This document shows positions 21,343 to 30,856 of a stretch of DNA of 40,613 bases, in pieces. A program made the translations under genes and the position numbers. The number at the start of each line of letters is the position of its first letter. Within the stretch, counting starts at the first letter, position 1. The DNA comes from Stramenopiles sp. TOSAG23-2 (lineage: Eukaryota): positions 1 through 40,613 of the forward strand of contig LT649309.1 of assembly GCA_900128395.1 (NCBI GenBank), written 5' to 3'. The notes under the pieces were generated by a model. That model made no database searches, had not been told where the DNA came from, and worked only from the letters and a program-made list of their open reading frames with translations.

Positions 21343-22296
21343 TTAACTTGTCATTTTGACATTATATACTTTCAATTGTTCGAGTGGGATACTATTTTCA
21401 AGAAATTCTTTATAGTCTTCCAGTTCAAAATCACTTGTTAAAATAACTTTGAAATCTTTACCCCATAAATCCACAGGTCCTTTTTCCTCCTCAGTAACAA
21501 ATTTTTGCTTGGACTCTTCAGTAGCCATTTTCTCGCAACTAAAAATATCAATAGGGAATTTAGATCCTTCCGCGGAGTATTTACCCTTAAAATCTGTTGC
21601 AGATGCACCCATATGCAACCATAACGGACATCCAGCACCTTGAAAACCAGCAGTTGGTTGTGACTTTGCGATTAAAGACTTTGAAGCAAGTTGTCGCCAT
21701 TCCTCTTGAACTTCCTCGATACTTTTTGTTTTTTTGATACTTGATTCAACCATACCTTTCTTTGCATCAATGGTCATGTTTTGTTGATAGCCTAAAAAGG
21801 TTGCGACTGGTTTGGAATCGTTTGAATCTAAGAACAACGGCCATTTTTTGTGTGTTAAAATAGCTTCATCGACTTTTTCCAAAAGCTGTTGTACAGTAAT
21901 TTCTTCGACTACATTGGCATCCCCTGTTGTCTCGGTTGTTGTTGGTTCGGTTGTTGTTGGTTCGGTTGTTGTTGGTTCGGTTGTTGTCTCGGTTGTTGTT
22001 GCATCAGCTTTTGCTTTCATTGCTGCTAGAAGACCACGAAGTCTGGTCAATTCTGCTTTGCCATCATCAGTAACATCAGCACAGTCCGCTTGTTTACCTG
22101 CTTCTGCCTTGATTTCATCTGAACCAACTTTATCAAGACCAGATTCAATGAACAATGCACGAATTTTTTTTACCTCCTCTTTTGCATCTGTTCCTTCTGC
22201 AAGATCACTTAAATCAACTGGTTTACTCAATTCAGTTTGAAGCGTTTCTAATTTCGCTTTATCCACGCCTTCCAATGTTGATGCGCCAGCTCCCAT
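21343..22296 (-). CDS. Putative N-myristoylated protein (MGAGAS) with two ~35-aa repeats, a TTTEP linker and a C-terminal alpha/beta domain
   Basis: MGxxxS myristoylation consensus. Repeats ELSKPVDLSD...AKEEVKKIRAL and EAGKQADCAD...GKAELTRLRGL. KKWPLFLD....ATFL.Y recalls the dynein AAA5-like/IQANK1 C-terminal motif. Confidence 0.78.
   Translation of the reverse strand: MGAGASTLEGVDKAKLETLQTELSKPVDLSDLAEGTDAKEEVKKIRALFIESGLDKVGSDEIKAEAGKQADCADVTDDGKAELTRLRGLLAAMKAKADATTTETTTEPTTTEPTTTEPTTTETTGDANVVEEITVQQLLEKVDEAILTHKKWPLFLDSNDSKPVATFLGYQQNMTIDAKKGMVESSIKKTKSIEEVQEEWRQLASKSLIAKSQPTAGFQGAGCPLWLHMGASATDFKGKYSAEGSKFPIDIFSCEKMATEESKQKFVTEEEKGPVDLWGKDFKVILTSDFELEDYKEFLENSIPLEQLKVYNVKMTS
21925..22000. 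repeat. Coding 15-bp minisatellite (TCGGTTGTTGTTGGT) encoding TTTEP repeats
   Basis: Three perfect units from 21932, with 12-bp variant units on either side. Confidence 0.9.
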
Positions 22297-23270
22297 GGTA
22301 ATTATTGTAGTAATATATGTATATATGTATATGTTATATTATATAATATTATTATATGTAGGTATGTTTATTCTGTATATTATCTTGTTATTAGTTTGTT
22401 TTCTGTTGTATTATTTATTGTATTTATGTATAAGTATAATTGGAATAATAAGAGAAATAATGAAGAATTATAATAATAAATAATTGAAATTAATAATTAA
22501 TACTGTACAACAACATACTAGCACACTACAACAGGTGGAGTGCAAAAATGTTGTTACGTGTGATCATGGTCCGCCACAATGCTATGATAATGCTATAGCT
22601 AGAGGTGGTAGCTTGGGTTAGAAAAAGTGCATAAGTTTGTATTTGTGCGTTCGCACCTTAAAATATAATTTATTATAAGTGGTGTGTTAGTGTGTGTGAA
22701 CTTCTCTCTGGTGTGAAGTGAGAAATATGAGAGTTACATGCATGGCTGGCTGGGCTGGCCCAGCTGGATACCTATCCTCATAATAATAATTTTAATAATA
22801 TTGCTACACATCAAGTATTATACATGTAGGATAGTATATATTTGTGACAAAAGATAATACTAGTAGCAACAATATAAAAATCCGTTCCATACACACTAAT
22901 ATAGCAACTGCAATACAGTAATATATAATATATACCCTACATTCTTCTATTGAACTATATTATCCATTTATATTTAAATACAAATAATCAATAAAAAGAA
23001 CCATTGAATCAATGCAAAAGAATAGATAGATATTACATTTGAGAATATATACATACAGACATACAGGCATTACAGACATATATATACATATATAAACATG
23101 ACTGGGAATTATAATAATAATAACATGGATGATGATAATAATCGTCATAACAACAACAATATGAATCCAAAAACATATAATATCAATTTATCATCCACAC
23201 GAATTGAACCAACTAGAACGGTGCATTGAAATATATTATATCAAATTGTGAAAGTTTCAATAACAAAGCT

Positions 23271-23768
23271 ATGCCAGAGGAAGGGTATTACGATGAATGG
23301 GGATATTATCATTACCCTACGGAAGTTACGGATGATGGTACTGAAAATCGTGATGATATCCTTTCCAAGTTGTTGGAAAATAAATGTGCAGACATTATTT
23401 TAGAGCGGCTGAAATATCATCCGAAAGCTGAGGAATTCAATGGTTTATCGATGAAGTTATTAGGCATCTTGTGCAATTTCAATAATTTAACAAGAAGACA
23501 TGTTGTACATTTAGGTGGAATTGATATTGCAAACAAAGCTGTTGAAACATTTGGTGGCCATTGGAAATCTGGAGTTGGGGTTGCTAAAGATGCGTTATGG
23601 GCTAGAAAACAGATGCAAAGCACGATGACTGAACAAGAGGCAAGCTTAATAGTTCAGAAATATGTGCGAAAAATGCGAGCAAGAAAATATTTGGAAAAGT
23701 TACGAGAGGCAAAGGCCATAGACAAATTGGCAGAGGAAGATAAAAATTATGATCCGATTTGGTCATGA
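23271..23768 (+). CDS. Armadillo-like repeat protein with a C-terminal IQ (calmodulin-binding) motif; 5' end uncertain
   Basis: ARM-like ILERLKYHP...GLSMKLL..L and VVHLGGID.A..AV..F; IQ-like ASLIVQKYVRKMRARK. First ATG is at 23271, but the frame is open back to 23217, just after a CTAG, so an upstream exon is possible. Confidence 0.7.
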   Translation: MPEEGYYDEWGYYHYPTEVTDDGTENRDDILSKLLENKCADIILERLKYHPKAEEFNGLSMKLLGILCNFNNLTRRHVVHLGGIDIANKAVETFGGHWKSGVGVAKDALWARKQMQSTMTEQEASLIVQKYVRKMRARKYLEKLREAKAIDKLAEEDKNYDPIWS

Positions 23769-24012
23769 AACATTTTTGGCGTTTAAATAAAATGTGCTGT
23801 ACTCTCTTTTTTTCTTTTTATCATATCAAAAATATTTAAAAATTTATTTTAATATATATACGCACATATATTATACTAATATATCATAAAATGATAAATA
23901 ATTTCAATATTTTTAAATATGGCTATGCATTCGTTTTTTATATATACGCGCCTAATAATTTTTTAGTCAGAAAAAAACTGATTTAGAAAAATACAACACA
24001 ACATATCAACAT

Positions 24013-24474
24013 CTAATTTTTTCCATCATCTAATTTTGCTGTTTGTGCTGAAAGAATATCATGCTGTTTCCAAAATGTTTTTAAATCTTCATTTTCCTTC
24101 AATCCCATAGTCTTTAACATGTAAAAAAACTCGTCCCTTTCAAATACATAATTCTCATTCGTATCAAAATTGTCTAATAATGCTTTCGTTTCTTTTAACG
24201 ATTGAGGATAGCCAAAAGCTCTTAATGCATCACGTAATTCCATTGGTGTGATTTTATTATCATCATTGGCATCAAAAACCAAGAATGCAACTTCACTGTT
24301 CGGTTTGTACACATTTAAGAGGGTATCTTTGACCCTAGCAAACGGTACCTGTCTAGAGGCGGGAGACTTAGGGGAGGACGGGACATTATTTTGAGAACCA
24401 GTAGCATAAACAATACTAATTACAATAAAGAGACATTTGAATATATAAATAGGTAGACGAGATAGGAAATGCAT
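24013..24474 (-). CDS. Two-EF-hand Ca2+-binding protein with N-terminal signal peptide/anchor
   Basis: Hydrophobic N-terminus (IYIFKCLFIVISIVYA). EF loops AFLVF-DANDDNKITPMEL and F-DTNENYVFERDEF joined by a calmodulin-like LRAFG linker. Confidence 0.82.
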   Translation of the reverse strand: MHFLSRLPIYIFKCLFIVISIVYATGSQNNVPSSPKSPASRQVPFARVKDTLLNVYKPNSEVAFLVFDANDDNKITPMELRDALRAFGYPQSLKETKALLDNFDTNENYVFERDEFFYMLKTMGLKENEDLKTFWKQHDILSAQTAKLDDGKN

Positions 24475-25431
24475 TTTTGCAAAATTATCTTTATAGTGTG
24501 GGGAAGTTTCAGCTCTCCAAGGGTTGCTTATTTTTGCTTCTTAAATTCTTTTTGATAATGATAGAAGATAATGCCATTTGTTATTTTTGTTTTGAAATAA
24601 ATAAATTAGTTTAGTAATTTTGTTGATGTTATAGTCACAATTGTAATTAATAATAATAAATAATATATTTTTAAATTTTTTTTTTTTGTTTTTTGGGATG
24701 ATGTGAGCCGCCAGCCCAGCCAGCCAGGCCAGACCAGCAGAGAGAGGATGTAGCACCACACATGCACATGATTTATTTATTTTTGTTGAGGTTGTTATAC
24801 TTGTTCGTATAAAGAATTCTTTCACGATATGTGCCGATTAAATGAAACCCAGCCCAGCCAGCAGCCAGCAGCTAACAGCCTTTTTTTTTTTGACAGGAAC
24901 ATACCATGGTGGTACTCGTACGCATGTTAAATAATGTGTTACCTTGTATTTTTATATTAATAGTACAGTACCTGGTATAAGTATTACTGGATTATAGAAT
25001 CATTTACATACCACATAGCTGGTATAAATACCTAGCTGGCAAAAAAAATAATAATTAATGTAAATACAACATACGAAGTATAACTTTAAAATAGATCATC
25101 TGTTTTATCAAAAAATTATTATCTACATAGACTAGACATTAGGTATATATAATAAAAAAATATATAATCAATATATGAACAATAATCGATTGGATATACT
25201 AAAATACTTACTATTAGCGACTACAATATAGATCAATCAGAATTTTCATAAACTCTAGGCATTGATTATATATTTATACTATTGAATGTAAAATAAATAA
25301 ATAAAAAACAGTTGCTATTTAATTCCCCACTGAACTTAAGCAACATTTTTTTTAAGCATCCAAAACAAGAAAATAGTTTCCACTTGTGTCCACATGTATA
25401 TATATTGAGTGTTTGAGAACTAACGAGAACC

Positions 25432-28400
25432 ATGGCAAATTTTGATGCACATTCTATCGCAGTTTTAGATTCTTTAAGAGCAAAGGCGGAACATTTATCC
25501 AAGCAATTGGCGGAAGTTACTCAAGATGTAGAGTTGTTAAATATTAAAGAAAAGGTAAAAGGCTCTTTATCGAACGTAGGTGAATATGGTGGTAAAGTAA
25601 CAAAACACTATGACGATGACGATGCAGAAGATAAAGGCGAAGTGAATACAGGAATGACTCTACGTTATGAGCTTCTGCAGGAACTACAAAGGCGTACATT
25701 TCGCCATCGAACCCATGGTGTTGTTGAAACTCTGCATATGGTTGATGCTATGAAATTAAAGGTTTTAGAAGATAATGAAAAACGGCGACAGGGAATGATA
25801 GCAGCACAGAAAGCAGCACAACGCGAAGTAGTTACTATTGTTGGAGGAGGAAAGACAAGATCACAATTTCATATATCACCGGATGTCGATTTTGAATCAT
25901 TACTTGATGATGTTTGTGTATTATGGGGTGATTTGGAATCATCTGAATATAGATTAGTAGCAAATTATGCACTTTCGGTTGGTTATTTTGAAAAAGGCTT
26001 ATATCTACCCTCGGATAAAGTATATGAAAAGTTGCTCGAACTTAGTCTAGATGAAGAACGAGGATATGGTTGTGGTGGCAGCAAACCATTTCATCAATTA
26101 CCACGATTATATTTACAATATTCGCCTGCAAAAGATGTTGCTGAAGCTGTTTTAGCTAATCCTAAGAAGCAAAAGCAAGTATTTGATATGTATGACGTGG
26201 ATGGCGGTGGGACAATTGATATGTTTGAATACAATGCTATAATGAGGGAACATTTGCAAGTGCCGACAGCGGATGAAAATTATGTACGGGAATTATTCGA
26301 TAAATACTCTGAAAATGATGAAATGACGTTTGAATCATTCATGGATGTAGTAGTTGAGTTTACCAAACGTGAAAAAGAATTGAAACGGCTTCGAGTTGGT
26401 TTAACGCCATCACAAGCATTTGAATATTTTGATAAAGACCATGCAAATTGCATAACGTATCAATCATTTATGACAACATTGCAAGCAGCGGATGATACAT
26501 TAAGTGCAAGTGAATGTCAAGCACTATTCAATGAATTAGATCCTGCTGGTACGCAAGCTTTGACATTTCGAGCTTTCGAAGTTGGTTGGGAAACGATCAA
26601 AGCCTCTGTCTTAGATAAAGCACGAGACCGAGTTAAATCGCCGATGCAAATACTAAAAGAAGAATTTAGTTGGGAAATGCCAGATACATATTCATTTAGA
26701 TATATACCAGAGGAAGATCAGCGTATAATGCGTACTTTATGTTTGTATAGTCTATTTATCTTCGTATTTGTTTTTTCAATGACGCAAAGACGAAATATTC
26801 AAAAACACTATCTTGTAAAGAAAGCTATGAAAGAAACGTTAGATGGTATATCGTTCGGTACCGATGATGCTTTGTACTACAAAGATATATCAAATGTAGA
26901 AGGTGCTTATGAATTTTTAGATAAACCGTTGCAAAAGTTAGTATTTAAGCAAGGTTATTATGTAACTGGTAATGCTGCAGCTGATGGCAATGGATTTATA
27001 CGTATGAATAATAGATTGACACCTTGGACAGTTCGGGTTAGACAAGTAAGGGTTAGGGGAAAGTATTGCAATGCATATTATCAAGAAAATGAAGATAGTG
27101 GCCAAGCAGAAAATACAGGTTTTAGATGCTATCCAAAATATTACCATAGCGATTATCTCAGTAGCAATCGAGAGTGCGGTTGTATCAAACCAAAAGGTAA
27201 AGCCAGTGCTTTGGGGGTTCCTGAAAAAAATGGTGACACTGATACGAATTTAAATGAAAAATGTTCTGTCCATACTAATTGCAATGATTGCTCCAATGCA
27301 GAAGGTTCGTCATGTACTTGGTGCAGTAATGATGGAACAAATAGTACAGGCAAATGTATTGGTGGCTGTAGTGAAATTAGTAAATGTGAAATGCCTATGT
27401 GTGATTGTACGTTACAAAATGCACAAGATCCAGACCCATTTAAATGGGATCCTACACCAATCAGAAGAGCAATTGGCAAACCTTATGAAATGGCTGGCAT
27501 CAAAGGTGCCATATCAAGTTACGATGGTACTGGTTATATAGTAGATTTAACCAATAATGCAACAAAATGGAGTTTAACAATTGAACAATTGCGGCAAAGC
27601 AACTGGATAGATCCAACTACGACTCGAGCCATTATTATTTCGTACCTTGTGTATTGTGGTAATTATAATTATTATTTAGAGAGCAATTTTATAATGGAAT
27701 TCAGTGCTGGTGGTGGAGTGCAAACACATTATAGCCATCGTGGCCTGCAAATGGACATGTATAACTCTAATGAGGAAAAGTTTGTAGCTGCCGTTGATGG
27801 CATCATGGTTGCAGTCGCCATCTTGATTGTATTGTACCAATTGAGAATATTGCGTCTATATTATGAAACTTATAAAAACCTTCGTGATTCACTTGCATTG
27901 ATCCCAAAGTCATCGTATTTAGATGTTTTCATATCACTTGTCATCGTTATCGCAGAATCAATACGTTTCACATTATTTTTGAAAGATGTGCGTGTGAAAA
28001 TTGCTACTACACTTGGTCCGCCCCAAGAGGTGACAGACATTGGTGAATTTGTTGATTTATATGAACTTCAATTTCAATTTGACATGATTGTACTTTTAGG
28101 TTTTTCTTTTCGTTTCATTAAATATCTGCGTGTAAACCGACGTATGAAAATTTACATGTTGGTCATATACAGAGCTTTTGGTAAAGTTATACCTTTTACT
28201 GTATTATATTTTGTTGTCCTATGGGCATATGCAAACTTAGGCCATCAACTATTTGGTAGTGCATTACATGAATATCGCTCCACTAGGCGAGCAATGGTAT
28301 CACTAATGTTGACTCATGTTGGTGTCTATAAATATAAAGGTATGATCGAAGCTAATCCATTGACAGCACCTTTGTATTTCATGACATACTATTTGGCTAT

Positions 28401-28824
28401 GATACTGATACTTGGTAAAGTATTCTACGTTATTATCAATGATATATATCTAGTATTATTTCGAGAAGATCGCTTATATAATGTGGATAAACGTAAATAT
28501 CATTGGCGTTCTATTGTTGGCGTGTTCATACCTGCCATAGCTCCTGAATTGCTCGATAGGCAGCAACAGGAGATGGCAGCCCTTGATCAGGGTGGTGCAC
28601 GTGCCGTTGAAGTGAGAAGTTTAACCAATAGAATTGCACGTGGTCTGCGTGGTTTAACTGGGCGTGCACGGTCTAGTCTGTCAAATAATCAACGGAATAA
28701 AGTTGGTAAAAGAAAAACTAGGAAAGATAAAGAGGGCACAGGAAATGTGGTTGAAAAGGAAGACCCTGGAGAAACTAGTAAAAATGAGTCAAAAGAGACA
28801 AAAGAGAAAAAAGCATCTGTATAA
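25432..28824 (+). CDS. Polycystin-2 (TRPP/PKD2)-like channel with N-terminal EF-hands
   Basis: S1, then TOP-domain motifs VRVRQVRV...C, G.ISSYDGTGYIVDL and L....WID..TRAI.I....Y..N.N. S2-S6 include RFIKYL, YANLGHQLFG and IINDIY. EF loops DVDGGGTIDMFE, DKDHANCITYQS and DPAGTQALTF lie before S1. Confidence 0.9.
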   Translation: MANFDAHSIAVLDSLRAKAEHLSKQLAEVTQDVELLNIKEKVKGSLSNVGEYGGKVTKHYDDDDAEDKGEVNTGMTLRYELLQELQRRTFRHRTHGVVETLHMVDAMKLKVLEDNEKRRQGMIAAQKAAQREVVTIVGGGKTRSQFHISPDVDFESLLDDVCVLWGDLESSEYRLVANYALSVGYFEKGLYLPSDKVYEKLLELSLDEERGYGCGGSKPFHQLPRLYLQYSPAKDVAEAVLANPKKQKQVFDMYDVDGGGTIDMFEYNAIMREHLQVPTADENYVRELFDKYSENDEMTFESFMDVVVEFTKREKELKRLRVGLTPSQAFEYFDKDHANCITYQSFMTTLQAADDTLSASECQALFNELDPAGTQALTFRAFEVGWETIKASVLDKARDRVKSPMQILKEEFSWEMPDTYSFRYIPEEDQRIMRTLCLYSLFIFVFVFSMTQRRNIQKHYLVKKAMKETLDGISFGTDDALYYKDISNVEGAYEFLDKPLQKLVFKQGYYVTGNAAADGNGFIRMNNRLTPWTVRVRQVRVRGKYCNAYYQENEDSGQAENTGFRCYPKYYHSDYLSSNRECGCIKPKGKASALGVPEKNGDTDTNLNEKCSVHTNCNDCSNAEGSSCTWCSNDGTNSTGKCIGGCSEISKCEMPMCDCTLQNAQDPDPFKWDPTPIRRAIGKPYEMAGIKGAISSYDGTGYIVDLTNNATKWSLTIEQLRQSNWIDPTTTRAIIISYLVYCGNYNYYLESNFIMEFSAGGGVQTHYSHRGLQMDMYNSNEEKFVAAVDGIMVAVAILIVLYQLRILRLYYETYKNLRDSLALIPKSSYLDVFISLVIVIAESIRFTLFLKDVRVKIATTLGPPQEVTDIGEFVDLYELQFQFDMIVLLGFSFRFIKYLRVNRRMKIYMLVIYRAFGKVIPFTVLYFVVLWAYANLGHQLFGSALHEYRSTRRAMVSLMLTHVGVYKYKGMIEANPLTAPLYFMTYYLAMILILGKVFYVIINDIYLVLFREDRLYNVDKRKYHWRSIVGVFIPAIAPELLDRQQQEMAALDQGGARAVEVRSLTNRIARGLRGLTGRARSSLSNNQRNKVGKRKTRKDKEGTGNVVEKEDPGETSKNESKETKEKKASV

Positions 28825-29553
28825 AGCAACAAGAGCATTATTAAAAAAATTTCTTTTATATTATATATAATGTGACATTATTTTATATTTTACGGGACTT
28901 TGTATGATACCATATATGAATAACACAGTTTCCAGGAGAGATTGAGATGATATGCATAATAAAATGGAGATGGGGGCTTTTGCGTGTGTTGTTTTTTAGA
29001 GAAGAGAATACTATTAATATTAACAAAGAGTATTTTATACGACGTAATAAAATATTTAATATACGCGTGTCGTATTAAAATTAGAGCATTAAATGTTTTT
29101 TTGTACGTACATCATCAATATACAAATGATATTTTATACGTATACGTAAAGGAGAAAGCTAGATGATATTGCAGAGGTGCATCATATTTTTTGTATGATA
29201 TGATGTATGATATGATATCATACAAAAGTTTCTAAATATTTTTGTATTTTTGATATAATATATTTTAAATATTATAATTTATTATTTTGTAATTCACACT
29301 ACAACTATTAAATCTCATCAGCCTTTTTACACATGGTTTCCCTAACATCTAATATTGTAATATTATTTACAAAGAACCTATCCAATTTTACCTTTCAAGT
29401 GTATTATTTCCTCTAAGCCTATACAAACAAAACACTATCAAAGCGACTATTTTTTTTTATCATTTTATATATATATACATATAATTACACACATGTACAT
29501 ATATATATATATATATAAGTATTCTCTCTATTTTAAACCATTACATATCATAT

Positions 29554-30009
29554 TTATGCGCAATGAAGTGGGTTAAGACCAAGACAGTAATGACATTTTA
29601 AATGGCTTGGGCAAGGAGAACGAAGTTTTTGGGAACCACCTAAGTCTTGGTAGCACCAGTCGTTGATATGTTCTGGGCATGCTTGAAGGGTTTTTTGTTG
29701 AGCAGCACACATTGCTTGGTATTCAGCATTAACACCTGAGCATAAATTATAAAAGTTGGCACCTGATTGTCCTGCGTTACTTATAATTTTTTTGCATATA
29801 CCACATTCTTGAACTCCAGTAGCTGTGTAATATGTTTTCTTTGGGGATCTTGGGATAGCTTTGCCAAATGGAACAAATTCACCTGGTCCGCCTGCTGGTG
29901 CGGTTCTTTTCTTAGCTGGCCAATCAACTGGCCCTGCAGGAGCACCTTTTAATGATCCGGCACTTACGGTGGCAACTAATGCCAATAATAAAGCGATAAC
30001 TAATTTCAT
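29554..30009 (-). CDS. Small secreted Cys-rich protein, probably saposin-like fold
   Basis: Clear signal peptide MKLVIALLLALVATVSA and a Pro/Gly-rich pro-region. Ten Cys in the pattern ECGICKKII...LC...YQAMC...P....CHYCLGLNPLHC. Confidence 0.8.
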   Translation of the reverse strand: MKLVIALLLALVATVSAGSLKGAPAGPVDWPAKKRTAPAGGPGEFVPFGKAIPRSPKKTYYTATGVQECGICKKIISNAGQSGANFYNLCSGVNAEYQAMCAAQQKTLQACPEHINDWCYQDLGGSQKLRSPCPSHLKCHYCLGLNPLHCA

Positions 30010-30412
30010 GATTATTTTATGTTTTGTTTATTTTAATATATAAATATATGTGTAGTTTTCAACTGTTTTCTACGGTATTATATATCTGTTATGGAATTAC
30101 ATATTCTGATTTTGTTTGCTTTAGTTAAAATATAGTTGGTTTGTTTTTCGCCCCTCTTTTTTACGATTTGATCCCCTTCTTTTTTATTTGTTTTATCAAA
30201 AAACAATTTATTCCGGAGATTTATAAAACATTGTGACCTTTATTTGCTATTATGGTAAATAAAAACAATCATAATATTATAGTATAACCTGACATCACTA
30301 ACACTATATTTCTTTGAGTAACAGTTGGAATTTTAACGAACAGTTTTTTATTTTTTGCACTAATTGTATTTCCATAGTAGTAGACACGAAAAACGAAGTT
30401 ATGATTATCTTC

Positions 30413-30519
30413 ACACAGCACACAGCAGCACAGCAGCACCGAGAGAGCACACAGCAGCACAGCACCGAGCACACACAGCAGGACCACAGGACCACACAGA
30501 GAACACAGCACACAGCACC
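30413..30519. repeat. Degenerate CACAGCA-type minisatellite in a divergent promoter region
   Basis: About 105 bp of CACAGCA/CACAGGA/CACCGAG units with no T on the + strand. Confidence 0.8.
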
Positions 30520-30856
30520 ATCAAAACCTTTTCTTTATAGATTTTAAACTACAGACATCCCGCGCTTTGGCTATCCAGGCTATCCTTGGCATCATCCCAA
30601 ATCAATTCAATATTTAGCATCACATTACCATTGCCTGGATTGCCTTCCAGCGACTACCTCTATTTATATTTCAATTTTTAGTTAGTAGATACATTACACA
30701 CCATCCAAACAAATTTTACAAAATAATAAAAATATATAAACATAAACACACACACACACACACACATATATATACCAGATATACAACTGATAAACAACAG
30801 GCTGCGGCTATTATTATTATTATTATTATTATTTAAAAGATATAATTATTCGTACA

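Noticed and set aside
30269..30547. Cys/Val/Leu-rich or Gln/His-rich ORFs
   Set aside because: They are translations of the CACAGCA repeat.
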